The notes beneath the pieces were generated by a model. It did no database searches. It was given only the letters and a program-made list of their open reading frames with translations, and was not told the origin of the DNA. The position numbers and the translations under genes are program-made. From a virus, in the UHGV virus genome UHGV-0057186: a stretch of 64,000 nt of DNA. The stretch is one strand, 5' to 3'. Within the stretch, counting starts at the first letter, position 1. Every line of letters begins with the position of its first letter. This document shows, in pieces, positions 28,040 to 38,084 of the stretch.

Positions 28040-28225
28040 TTAAAGCGTATTCACATAAGCTATTAATTCATTTTCTTTCTTATCAAACCGATCAGCAAAT
28101 TCTTCCTGCTGTTCAGGAGATAGCGGGCCGTATTCATCATAAAAGGTGTTTGCTTCTGTATGCTCATCTAGAAGTTCATGGATAAGCTCAAACAATTTAT
28201 CTTTTTGTTCTTTGCTTAGGCTCAC
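28040..28225 (-). CDS. Small helical protein
   Basis: 61-aa ORF. Confidence 0.45.
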   Translation of the reverse strand: MSLSKEQKDKLFELIHELLDEHTEANTFYDEYGPLSPEQQEEFADRFDKKENELIAYVNTL

Positions 28226-28394
28226 AGTATGTCAATCCCCAAAAGTTTTAAAATGACTCGTTTCTGATTCATAACCGCTACGATTGAATGACCGTTGGGG
28301 TCTTTTTGACCTGATCCAATTATAAATCCTTTTTGCGCAGAAAGTTTAATCAAAACATCAAGTTCACGTAATAATTGATATTTTAAATCATCAT

Positions 28395-28622
28395 TCATTT
28401 TGGTTTACCTTCTTTAACGAAATCAGGATAAGGATAAAATCCTGAATAAAATCCTTCACCTTTATGATTGATGCATCCTTTATTAGAACAATAGCACCAA
28501 TAATCGAAATCACAAGTCATTTCATCGTTGCATAAAGCAAAAACAACCGGCCACTTACACTTTTCGCAGTGGGCATTTTTAAGAATACTAGTTTGGCTCA
28601 TAACCATGTAACCTTTAAGCAA
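28395..28622 (-). CDS. Cys-rich small protein (putative Zn ribbon)
   Basis: 75 aa with CEKCKW...CNDEMTCDFDYWCYCSNKGC. Confidence 0.45.
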   Translation of the reverse strand: MLKGYMVMSQTSILKNAHCEKCKWPVVFALCNDEMTCDFDYWCYCSNKGCINHKGEGFYSGFYPYPDFVKEGKPK

Positions 28623-28825
28623 TATTCTTCTACATGTTGTTTACGACCTTTCTTATCAATAAAGGTATATTCAACGAATGTTCCAATGTAGTCTTTATCT
28701 ACATCATGTGGACTATTAATTGGACATTTAGTACGGCAAATGCGTTCCCATTGACGAATAATTACTGCCTTATTCTTTGGGTCATACGGATGTGGATAAT
28801 GTATATTCATAATAACGGTTCCCAA
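28598..28825 (-). CDS. Hypothetical small protein
   Basis: 75-aa ORF. Confidence 0.45.
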   Translation of the reverse strand: MGTVIMNIHYPHPYDPKNKAVIIRQWERICRTKCPINSPHDVDKDYIGTFVEYTFIDKKGRKQHVEEYCLKVTWL

Positions 28826-29274
28826 TCAACAATCACAATTTCTAATTTAGAGGAATATGTATCTAAAATCCCCTCAATAATATCCCAGTTCCCTTTACCT
28901 ATGCCTGCACCAATCCTAGGCATATAGATTGTAGGTTTAATCAGTTTATTTTCACCAAACTCATTTAATTCTAACATACAATTCATTAAAGCGGAATACT
29001 CAAAATTTGGCCCCGGTTGAAATTGAGTATAAAGATTGAAGCAGTAAGCTTTATGAGTCCTAAAGTATTTTTCATAGACTGAGTAAGAACCGAGTTTAGT
29101 TACATCGCCCCATTCTGTCTGTAATTTATCAGCTTCCAAAATTTTAGGGAAAGCTTTAGTTAATTGACCTGCGACTCCAGCTTTCATCGTGTGAAAACAA
29201 TTACATCCATGCGCAATATTTTTACCTTCAGCGAAAAGGGCGACAATATCGCCCTTGATATATTTTACAATCAT
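28807..29274 (-). CDS. Macro-domain protein (ADP-ribose binding/processing fold)
   Basis: 155 aa; KGDIVALFAEGKNIAHGCNCFHTMKAGVAGQL and PRIGAGIGKGNW resemble macro-domain Gly-rich loops. Confidence 0.6.
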   Translation of the reverse strand: MIVKYIKGDIVALFAEGKNIAHGCNCFHTMKAGVAGQLTKAFPKILEADKLQTEWGDVTKLGSYSVYEKYFRTHKAYCFNLYTQFQPGPNFEYSALMNCMLELNEFGENKLIKPTIYMPRIGAGIGKGNWDIIEGILDTYSSKLEIVIVDWEPLL

Positions 29275-29618
29275 CTAGTACTCAATCCTCGATTATAAGA
29301 ATCTACCAAACGGTCAACCATTGAATGACAAGCGGCTTTATCTTTTTCCTCCGCAACTGAACATTCTAAGGTATTCCACTTTTTAGCATATCGTTTTAAC
29401 AATGTATCATTTTTGTATCTGCTTGATTTATCTCTTTCTCCGTCTTTATATGCATATATTAATTTCTGCGCAAATTCAGCTTGGCATGCTTTATTTTTCC
29501 CGCAATAATCCGCTGCAGTACGGTTTACATACTCTCTAATTTCAGTATATGATGTATCTGCTAACGCAGAAGCAGAAAATGAAATTAATCCTATACATAA
29601 AACCAAAATTTTAGTCAT
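29271..29618 (-). CDS. Secreted Cys-containing small protein (signal peptide)
   Basis: 115 aa; N-terminal MTKILVLCIGLISFSASALA signal peptide; 4 Cys. Confidence 0.5.
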   Translation of the reverse strand: MTKILVLCIGLISFSASALADTSYTEIREYVNRTAADYCGKNKACQAEFAQKLIYAYKDGERDKSSRYKNDTLLKRYAKKWNTLECSVAEEKDKAACHSMVDRLVDSYNRGLSTR

Positions 29619-30156
29619 TTACTATTTCCAAAAGTTTATTATTTTTAAGGTAATTAGCCTTTTCTAGGACTTCAGAAGCATATTTAGAACCAGCTTTAAC
29701 ATTCCATCCCGAATTATAAGAGGATATTGCTTTTCTTATATCGCCCTTATGTATATTTAACCAATAAGAAAGTTCAATGTACGCCCAGGAAGCTGAATTG
29801 GATCGTTTATTCAACATTCTTTTTATTTCAGCATCGGTCATATTATAACCAAGTTCCTTAACTCTCGCTCGCATAGTAGGCAAATAATTTTGGAACATTC
29901 CGTAGGCGTGATGCTTTGGTTTAGATTTTAAATTAACTCCGCCAGAGCTTTCTTGCCATAAAATGGCTGCCATTATATGACCTAATCCGCTCTTGTGGAT
30001 ATTTTTGTGTGTTTTATATTTTCCATCCTTAGAAAATTGTTCCCCGAATTGATACGCGTAACGCATGTTATCGAGTTGGACATTACTGAAAGTATGCTCG
30101 GAGCTATGCGCCATCATTGAAATGGCCAATAGACCAGCGAGTAGTGCTTTTCTCAT
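29611..30156 (-). CDS. Secreted lytic transglycosylase-like protein (SLT domain)
   Basis: 181 aa; signal peptide MRKALLAGLLAISMMAHS; motifs AAILWQESSGG, AYGMFQ, SYNSG. Confidence 0.6.
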   Translation of the reverse strand: MRKALLAGLLAISMMAHSSEHTFSNVQLDNMRYAYQFGEQFSKDGKYKTHKNIHKSGLGHIMAAILWQESSGGVNLKSKPKHHAYGMFQNYLPTMRARVKELGYNMTDAEIKRMLNKRSNSASWAYIELSYWLNIHKGDIRKAISSYNSGWNVKAGSKYASEVLEKANYLKNNKLLEIVND

Positions 30157-30163
30157 GCTTACC

Positions 30164-30625
30164 TCATTGAGTTTTAATTACTGCTTTAGAAGCCTTTCCT
30201 GGTAAACGACGACTGTTAATAATTGCCATCCTACATTGAAGTGACGGGTCTTTGAACTTCGCGTTAGGTTTACAAACTGTAAATCCAAGCCAAAGATTTC
30301 CATCTGTGATTTCTAAACGTCCAGGACGATATTCAACCCCATCAATAAAATCCTCGTCAATGTCAGGGCGCGGAGGCATACTCAGGAATTCATTAACTTC
30401 TAAAACATGGTCTTTTATTTTATGGAATAATTCAAAAACATATGTCTCGTCAATCTCCCGTTGAATTGCACGATCAAGAAGATGCTGAGAATATTTTAGA
30501 TGAAACGATGAGACCCCTGCTGCTTTTGATGCCTCACGAATCTCATTGTTAATTTGACGAAACTCCGACTCAAAGTGACGACGAAGCTTATTTCGACGGA
30601 TAAAAACTTCTGTATTGATAGTCAT
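30164..30625 (-). CDS. regB: Endoribonuclease RegB
   Basis: 153-aa ORF with RBS aagaggag; length/position as T4 RegB; early promoter immediately upstream. Confidence 0.8.
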   Translation of the reverse strand: MTINTEVFIRRNKLRRHFESEFRQINNEIREASKAAGVSSFHLKYSQHLLDRAIQREIDETYVFELFHKIKDHVLEVNEFLSMPPRPDIDEDFIDGVEYRPGRLEITDGNLWLGFTVCKPNAKFKDPSLQCRMAIINSRRLPGKASKAVIKTQ

Positions 30626-30652
30626 GTTATTCTCCTCTTAACTGATAGAAAA

Positions 30653-30682
30653 ATTATACCACAGTCAAGAGGAAAAGTAAAC
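30653..30682 (-). promoter_or_regulatory. T4-type early promoter of regB
   Basis: Minus strand GTTTACTTTTCCTCTTGACTGTGGTATAATTTTTCTATCAG. Confidence 0.65.
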
Positions 30683-30684
30683 AG

Positions 30685-30963
30685 TTATTCTTTAAATCTA
30701 ATCAATTTATTCATAGACTTTGAAACTTCTGCACGAACCTCATGTAGATTTTTGAGCTGTTCAAGACGCTGCTCATAGTAAGCAATTTCATCTTCTTCGA
30801 GACAGTCCTGTGAATCTTCTTTAAGATAACGTGCATAGTCCTGGAAAGCGTTACGAACTACTTCCTGGAAGTCATCAAGACTTTGAATTTTCTTAGGAGC
30901 AACAGATACACGACGAGGGGCAGTATAATACTCATAACCAAACCCTGCGCTTAATTGAGCCAT
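30685..30963 (-). CDS. Hypothetical protein (vs.3 position; start refined to ATG 30963)
   Basis: TAATG overlap with upstream gene stop. Confidence 0.45.
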   Translation of the reverse strand: MAQLSAGFGYEYYTAPRRVSVAPKKIQSLDDFQEVVRNAFQDYARYLKEDSQDCLEEDEIAYYEQRLEQLKNLHEVRAEVSKSMNKLIRFKE

Positions 30964-31229
30964 TAATATTTTTCCTCTGGTTGGAACACAGCACGACAAG
31001 CCCACATACTGGCTTCTTTGAGTTTCGTTTTAGCAATAGTTAACTGATCGAGGCTTTCGGCGTAATTCTTCGCGAGTTCATCATCTTCACAGCTATCAAA
31101 TGCTTCCCAAAATTCATCGTATAAAGCATCAAAGATAAGTCCTAAACGAACTTCAGCGTCTTTAATAGCATTTACTTTACCGATTTTTTCGTCGGTATGT
31201 GGCTTATAACCTTTAATATCTTCAATCAT
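30963..31229 (-). CDS. Candidate Acb2-like cyclic-oligonucleotide sponge (vs.4 position)
   Basis: 88 aa from ATG 31229 (RBS gaggaag): [44 protein letters not shown]...; second gene after regB as vs.4 is in T4; assignment from memory of T4 Vs.4. Confidence 0.45.
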   Translation of the reverse strand: MIEDIKGYKPHTDEKIGKVNAIKDAEVRLGLIFDALYDEFWEAFDSCEDDELAKNYAESLDQLTIAKTKLKEASMWACRAVFQPEEKY

Positions 31230-31443
31230 ATTTGACTTCCTCACCAGTACATAAATCGTATTCAACTAAACGAATAGGTTCATGAATGCCATATCCTTGA
31301 ACAGAAATTTCTGTAGTAGGATAAATTCCATTAATATCACCCATGTTCCATGCTTCGTTAAATTGCTGTTCGCCTGAATTACTAAACCATTCGGCGAAAG
31401 CATTTAGCACATCTTTAGAACCTTCAATAATTATCTTTGCCAT
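31222..31443 (-). CDS. Hypothetical small protein
   Basis: 73-aa ORF, stop overlaps downstream start. Confidence 0.45.
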   Translation of the reverse strand: MAKIIIEGSKDVLNAFAEWFSNSGEQQFNEAWNMGDINGIYPTTEISVQGYGIHEPIRLVEYDLCTGEEVKYD

Positions 31444-31805
31444 TACAAACTCTCAGTAAAGGTACGAGCGATAACGTCGCGCTGCTGTTCCGGAGTCAGA
31501 GAGTTAAAGCGAACTGCATAACCGGATACACGGATGGTCAGCTGCGGATATTTTTCCGGATGCTTAACTGCATCTTCCAGAGTTTCACGACGCAGAACGT
31601 TAACGTTCAGGTGTTGACCACCTTCAATTTTAACTGTAGGCTGTTGCTCAATTTCAATTTCACGGGCATGCAAACCGTAGAAAATTTCTGGGTCTACAAA
31701 AGAGTCCTCTTTAAAGGTTTTAGAGACAATAATTCGTGCTTGAATACCATCTTCAAAATAAATAGTACCTTTATGTGTGCCTTCAAGAATTTGATATGCT
31801 TTCAT
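31443..31805 (-). CDS. Autonomous glycyl-radical cofactor-like protein (GrcA/YfiD-like)
   Basis: 120 aa; C-terminal [25 protein letters not shown] glycyl-radical motif of the PFL family. Confidence 0.65.
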   Translation of the reverse strand: MKAYQILEGTHKGTIYFEDGIQARIIVSKTFKEDSFVDPEIFYGLHAREIEIEQQPTVKIEGGQHLNVNVLRRETLEDAVKHPEKYPQLTIRVSGYAVRFNSLTPEQQRDVIARTFTESL

Positions 31806-31812
31806 ATAAACC

Positions 31813-32193
31813 TCAATTAGAAAATAAATTTATCCAAGATTGTTCTTTAATTAAAAATGGCTCAGAATCATATGCCATTAAACTCTGTGTGATTAGTCCT
31901 TTAAAAGGCCCATCAATAAATTCCATGGTAAAATATGGAATTTTATTCATTAGCCGTGCATTAGGAGCAGTACACAAAACTCTGCATCCTTTGAATACGC
32001 CTTTTTGTAATTTGTATTGCTTAGGATAAAATTCGCTCAAGACGTTGTTATTTGCCAAAATTTCAAAATGATTCACCAATTTATTTTTAATAGTTTTTGG
32101 CGAAAAATAAAGATATTCGAAAAGCTGAGTGTCTGTCATCATTGCATTCCGATTACGAAAAACTGTGGACGAGTAATACCACCAATGCAACAT
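31813..32193 (-). CDS. Hypothetical protein
   Basis: 126-aa ORF; start probably internal. Confidence 0.4.
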   Translation of the reverse strand: MLHWWYYSSTVFRNRNAMMTDTQLFEYLYFSPKTIKNKLVNHFEILANNNVLSEFYPKQYKLQKGVFKGCRVLCTAPNARLMNKIPYFTMEFIDGPFKGLITQSLMAYDSEPFLIKEQSWINLFSN

Positions 32194-32726
32194 TTAATAT
32201 TACAGCAGCAGTGTACAGTGTCAATATGGACACTATAAATCTTATCCATATCAGGAGATTTGACAGGCTCATCAATTATATACAAAATTCGCGAAAGCGA
32301 TAAACCTCTGAACTTGCTTCCTTTATTACCGATAAAACTGCGCACAGAATCAGTAAATAAACGAAAACGTATATCATCGCTAGAATAACGAGAAAATTCC
32401 TTTTTAATGTTATTTGCAGAAATTTTAGCGTAAGCTGAAGTATTAGAAAGAACAATAACTGTTCCGCCATCATACAACCAATTAGCAGCAAAGTTAGTCA
32501 CAGCAATTGATTTACCAGATTGACGTCCACCATCTAGTCGAAGTGTGCAGTACTGTTTAAGTAATTCTTCAAATGGCGGGATATAATCGTTTTTACAAAT
32601 TTCTTCTACTCTAGCATCAGAATGGTGTGTAAAAGCATTCATCAGGGATAGATAAGGACCAGTTAAAAATGTTCTCATTTTATTCTCTCTAAATTTGGGC
32701 CATTCCATGGCGCATGAATTGTCCAT
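32139..32726 (-). CDS. P-loop NTPase-like protein
   Basis: 195 aa; GGRQSGKS Walker A-like and LYIIDEP Walker B-like. Confidence 0.45.
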   Translation of the reverse strand: MDNSCAMEWPKFRENKMRTFLTGPYLSLMNAFTHHSDARVEEICKNDYIPPFEELLKQYCTLRLDGGRQSGKSIAVTNFAANWLYDGGTVIVLSNTSAYAKISANNIKKEFSRYSSDDIRFRLFTDSVRSFIGNKGSKFRGLSLSRILYIIDEPVKSPDMDKIYSVHIDTVHCCCNIKCCIGGITRPQFFVIGMQ

Positions 32727-32831
32727 TTCTGTATTTACCCATTACCGCACTTGGGCTCGACCTTATTACAGGTTGGCGGGAATCCCTCATAGAATCATGA
32801 GGTCCAGCTTGTTCCCATATTTCTTATTTGC

Positions 32832-33305
32832 TTATTTGAATGATTTGACGTACTGAATAGAACCTTTACTATTCACGAAAGCGATTTTACCATTTTTATT
32901 ATACATGGTAGCAGTACGCTGATAGCCATAAGTTTGTTTACCAGATTGATAACCAACTAATGCGAAATTATCTTCACCCATTTTATTCTGTTTAGCGCGA
33001 ATACGTTCATGACCGTGTGCCATAAGAACCTTAGCATCACCAGTTGAAATTGATCTACGAGTTTTTTCATCTTCAACTGTATTAACAAAGTCGTCAAATG
33101 AATCAAATTTAGCATGGGATTTATTATACAGTTTTCCATCTACTGCATAATTATATCCCTGTACATCCATCTCAACTTCTGTACCATCATCCAATACAGC
33201 AGTAATTTTTTGACCTTTTTTAAATTTCAAAAGATCAGTAAAAGATTCAGCAATAATTTGAGAATTAATAGCTGCTTCAGTGATAAATTCTTGATATGTT
33301 TTCAT
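32832..33305 (-). CDS. Internal (capsid-targeted) protein, 157 aa
   Basis: N-terminus MKTYQEFITEA is the T4 capsid-targeting sequence with LxE prohead-protease site. Confidence 0.65.
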   Translation of the reverse strand: MKTYQEFITEAAINSQIIAESFTDLLKFKKGQKITAVLDDGTEVEMDVQGYNYAVDGKLYNKSHAKFDSFDDFVNTVEDEKTRRSISTGDAKVLMAHGHERIRAKQNKMGEDNFALVGYQSGKQTYGYQRTATMYNKNGKIAFVNSKGSIQYVKSFK

Positions 33306-33361
33306 ATGTTTCCTTTAAATGTAAATATTTTTGCCGTAATACTTGTACCAGTGTGGCTTCA

Positions 33362-33730
33362 TTAAAATTTTTCATCGAGTCGTTGTTGACTCAATTTAAT
33401 AGCTGATTTGCATGGATTATAATCATTTTTCCATTCTGCTGGAATATCGCTGATGTCAGGAACTTCAGTATCTTTTATACTAAACCCACGTTTTAAGCAT
33501 TCCGTTATAATGTCTGATTGACGCTTTCGCAAAAATTCTAACTTATCGTAAAAGAACGTAACATGACCAGAGCCTAAAATAAACTCGGAAGATATTTTAA
33601 AATCTTTAACCCGCTTACCATTTGCCACATGTTTACGAACTATACCAAAAACACGCGGCAATTCACGATACTCAGCCATAAGATGTTGGTCGGTCAGTTC
33701 AGAAACAAGTGTTAAATTGATACGAGTCAT
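33362..33730 (-). CDS. denV: Endonuclease V (pyrimidine-dimer DNA glycosylase), C-terminus lost by apparent -1 frameshift
   Basis: [29 protein letters not shown]... from ATG 33730 (RBS ggagga); ends ...QQRLDEKF*, while [15 protein letters not shown] is in the +1 frame at 33315..33362. Confidence 0.8.
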   Translation of the reverse strand: MTRINLTLVSELTDQHLMAEYRELPRVFGIVRKHVANGKRVKDFKISSEFILGSGHVTFFYDKLEFLRKRQSDIITECLKRGFSIKDTEVPDISDIPAEWKNDYNPCKSAIKLSQQRLDEKF

Positions 33731-33757
33731 AATTTCCTCCAAGTAGTTGATGAATGT

Positions 33758-33787
33758 ATAGTATCAAAGTCCTTGGAGGAAGTAAAC
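33758..33787 (-). promoter_or_regulatory. T4-type early promoter of denV
   Basis: Minus strand GTTTACTTCCTCCAAGGACTTTGATACTATACATTCATCAAC. Confidence 0.6.
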
Positions 33788-33788
33788 A

Positions 33789-35029
<1,241 letters not shown>

Positions 35030-35048
<19 letters not shown>

Positions 35049-35533
35049 TCAGTGATAAAGCTATTTAAATTTTGAGCATATTTCTTTTCATCATAAATCT
35101 TTTGCTGTCTGCGTAAACGCCATGGCATTTCAATGAACACGCACCATATTCCTGATAGTACTGCTGCTGTAAAAATATTAACAAGTATAATTAAAAGAAT
35201 CCAATCTTCCGTTCTGCCTACTGGACTTTCTCCAAAGAAGCAAAATACAAATGATGTCACAGGAAAACTAATAATATACCACAGAATAACCTTCTTATCT
35301 GTGAACCAATCAGCGTTCGTTAACTTAGCACGACCATTTTGAATACACACGAATTTATCATCTGTTACAGTAGATGGCTTAACTGCTTGATATCCCATTC
35401 TAAACTCCCTAATTAATCGTTTCTTTGTATCTTCAGAACAGCCGCTCCAGTCAACTCTATCGACTGAAATGCCATCGTCCCCATCATCTAAATCATACCA
35501 GCGAGTTTTTAAAATCATTTGATTTTCCTGCAA
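35030..35533 (-). CDS. Membrane protein (family of three tandem paralogs)
   Basis: 167 aa; TM segment(s), C-terminal ...ITECRKLK. Confidence 0.5.
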
Positions 35534-35889
35534 TCACTCACAAACTCTTTCATTGATTCATTTTCAATATAAGATATGTAGTTATTATATTCTTTTAATT
35601 GTATTTTGTAATCCTTTTTTCTTTGCCAATTTATTTTAAAATTATCATAATGAAAATATAAAATAATACCAAAGAATGAAAATAATGAAATTGCTATAGT
35701 ATAATGAAGTTCACTCCAAACTTCTATTATATCTACTATACCGCTGACGTTACTGCGGATGTTTAAAATAAAACAGTCAATTAACAATCCAATAAGACTA
35801 CCCGCAAGAGCTGCAGCCAATGCCACAGCAAAAATTAAAAATGACTCAGAAAAAGAATATTTGACTTTATTTAGTTTTGGCTTTTGCAT
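35515..35889 (-). CDS. Membrane protein (tandem paralog)
   Basis: 124 aa; two TM segments, C-terminal ...VSDCRKIK. Confidence 0.5.
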   Translation of the reverse strand: MQKPKLNKVKYSFSESFLIFAVALAAALAGSLIGLLIDCFILNIRSNVSGIVDIIEVWSELHYTIAISLFSFFGIILYFHYDNFKINWQRKKDYKIQLKEYNNYISYIENESMKEFVSDCRKIK

Positions 35890-36284
35890 CGTGATTCCTT
35901 AACAAATTTCATAATTTCATTAAATTCATACATATCTAGTTTAAGCTGATGTTCCTTTTTAATCTTTTTACACTGAGCTTTCCATTCACGTACGCGTTTA
36001 CGATAATGTCTTCCTTGATACCAGTATCCTACCCAATTTATAGGTACTAATAAAAATGGAACTACAAATGGAAGAATTAATACTAACAGAAATATTACGT
36101 CAGATTCAATATCAGTCATAAAGTCTATAACCATTCCAACAATCAATAGAATTACAAATGATATAGCTGTCACAGGACCTATTAATATATCAGTAGGAAT
36201 TAGCTGGCGCTTTAATTCATACTTCACAGGTTTACTTGGAAGATACATTGATGGCTTTGACATATTCTCTACATTCCTTAACAA
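35871..36284 (-). CDS. Membrane protein (tandem paralog)
   Basis: 137 aa; two TM segments, basic C-terminal tail. Confidence 0.5.
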   Translation of the reverse strand: MLRNVENMSKPSMYLPSKPVKYELKRQLIPTDILIGPVTAISFVILLIVGMVIDFMTDIESDVIFLLVLILPFVVPFLLVPINWVGYWYQGRHYRKRVREWKAQCKKIKKEHQLKLDMYEFNEIMKFVKESRCKSQN

Positions 36285-36840
36285 ATTTTTCTAGTAATAA
36301 ATCGCTTTCAAAACTAGGATTTTCCACGAATTTATCAAAAAGATCATCAACAATAGTTAAGATATTCTTTTTACTAAGAATACGCTTATTTTCATATTTT
36401 GTTTCAGAGTCAACTATAAGAGTAAAGAAATATTTCTTTCCCTGAAATTTTACCGTAGTATCAATATAAAATAAATTTGACTTTTGTAAATTACGTTTAA
36501 ACCATGCGTCACTTAAACTATAAACGCCAAGATAATCAAAATCGTCGTTTAAATAACATACTGTCCATTCAGGAGAAATGAAATCAGTAAATTCAACATC
36601 AAAATCACACGTCAATGAATGAATTGATTCAATACTGTTAATGAGTATTCCAGGACGTATTAAAGACTTTTTACCTCTAGAAAATCTTCCGGAAAGGCTT
36701 TCATCAGTTTCATATGAAGACCCCCAATAGTAATTACGTCCTTCTGCCATGCGTTTAAGAGCATTTAGTAATTGGTCTGGAACATCAACCTGTCTTTGGA
36801 ACTCTTCAAACATTGAATTGAAATCACTTTGCATTTTCAT
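36232..36840 (-). CDS. Hypothetical protein
   Basis: 202-aa ORF. Confidence 0.5.
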   Translation of the reverse strand: MKMQSDFNSMFEEFQRQVDVPDQLLNALKRMAEGRNYYWGSSYETDESLSGRFSRGKKSLIRPGILINSIESIHSLTCDFDVEFTDFISPEWTVCYLNDDFDYLGVYSLSDAWFKRNLQKSNLFYIDTTVKFQGKKYFFTLIVDSETKYENKRILSKKNILTIVDDLFDKFVENPSFESDLLLEKFVKECREYVKAINVSSK

Positions 36841-36881
36841 TCCTATTTACTCCAAGTATAAGGGGCCGAAGCCCCTTATCA

Positions 36882-37475
36882 TTATTTCAGAGAATTAATG
36901 TATTCCTGAACATCGGCAGAGGTAGTTTCAACCCCAGAAATATTACCGTTAAAGGTTTCAACTCGAGCAAGGGTATCTTCAATATCAACCTTAGTCAGTG
37001 CTGCAATTTCAACTACATCATCAGCAGTACTAATTCCAAGGGCATTTGCTGCACGAGTTTCACGGATATATTCCAATTTAACCGCAAGTTCTTGACGAGC
37101 ATCATCTAACTCAACTACTTTCTTGGCGATTTCAATTCGCATTTCAGCATAACCGTCAGCCTTAGTAGTCAACTGCTCAGCTGTTCGACGATATAGTAAA
37201 CCGAGTTTAGCATGCATTGTTACATCTTGGCCTTCGGAAAGAAGTTTACGAATTTCACGCTCTTTTGATTCGGCCTGTCGATTCTTTTCGATAACAAGTT
37301 CACGAATACGTTTTTCTTCGTTAATAGATTTAACAGAAGCAGTTTTTAGATCTTTAATTTTATCAAGTAGTTTTGCTGCTGCAGCAGTATACTGTTCTTC
37401 GACAGATAGATTTTTAGCCATAGCAGAACCAAGTTTAGTGCGAATAAACTCAACAATTTTCTTCAGTGTGTTCAT
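36882..37475 (-). CDS. PspA/IM30-like coiled-coil protein (tentative)
   Basis: 197 aa, extended helical heptad pattern; N-terminal amphipathic start and overall size resemble PspA family; by eye only. Confidence 0.4.
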   Translation of the reverse strand: MNTLKKIVEFIRTKLGSAMAKNLSVEEQYTAAAAKLLDKIKDLKTASVKSINEEKRIRELVIEKNRQAESKEREIRKLLSEGQDVTMHAKLGLLYRRTAEQLTTKADGYAEMRIEIAKKVVELDDARQELAVKLEYIRETRAANALGISTADDVVEIAALTKVDIEDTLARVETFNGNISGVETTSADVQEYINSLK

Positions 37476-37579
37476 AGTATTTCCTTAGGTTGATTAAGAT
37501 TTAAAATCCGTAAAAGTAGTATTATACTCTATCATCAAGTTACAGGCTCATAATATCTCAATCATGAGCCTATGTAAAC

Positions 37580-37843
37580 TTATTTCATATTATTAAAATA
37601 TTCTTCTGCGATTTCGTCGTTATCGTGGTAAACTTTAGAAGACAGTTTAACATAACCTTCAGCAGTGAACATATTAATCACAACCTTTACAGTATACCAC
37701 TGTCCGTCTTCATTACCCATTACTGCGTAAGTTTCAAACATCGGATGGTCAGGACCGATAACTTTAATATCATTCACTGTACGACCAAAATCTTCTGAAA
37801 CGCATTTCATAAAGAAGTTGAACAGTTCGCCGTAATTATCCAT
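37580..37843 (-). CDS. Hypothetical protein (start refined to ATG 37843, MDNYGELF)
   Basis: ORF track start lies inside the promoter; ATG 37843 has ggag RBS. Confidence 0.45.
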   Translation of the reverse strand: MDNYGELFNFFMKCVSEDFGRTVNDIKVIGPDHPMFETYAVMGNEDGQWYTVKVVINMFTAEGYVKLSSKVYHDNDEIAEEYFNNMK

Positions 37844-37887
37844 TTCATTCTCCAAGTTGTTTTTCTGTATCAGTAGTTGATAGTTGT

Positions 37888-37916
37888 ATAGTACCATGGA
37901 AGAACAGTCTTGTAAA
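37888..37916 (-). promoter_or_regulatory. T4-type early promoter
   Basis: Minus strand GTTTACAAGACTGTTCTTCCATGGTACTATACAACTATCAAC. Confidence 0.6.
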
Positions 37917-38049
37917 CCATTTTGTGAAAAAAAAATTTTTAAAAGTTTTAGGGAATTCTAGGGAGGGATGGGCAATTAAAGGATAGGATAATATATTATA
38001 AAGGGTATAAACTAAATGATGCCTAGAGAGGTCCAGAAAGGCCTAGATA

Positions 38050-38075
38050 CCAAAAAGCCCTATCATTTAGATAGG
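38050..38075 (-). terminator. Intrinsic terminator
   Basis: Hairpin ccctatc-taaat-gataggg then CTTTTTGG on minus strand. Confidence 0.6.
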
Positions 38076-38084
38076 GATTTAAAA

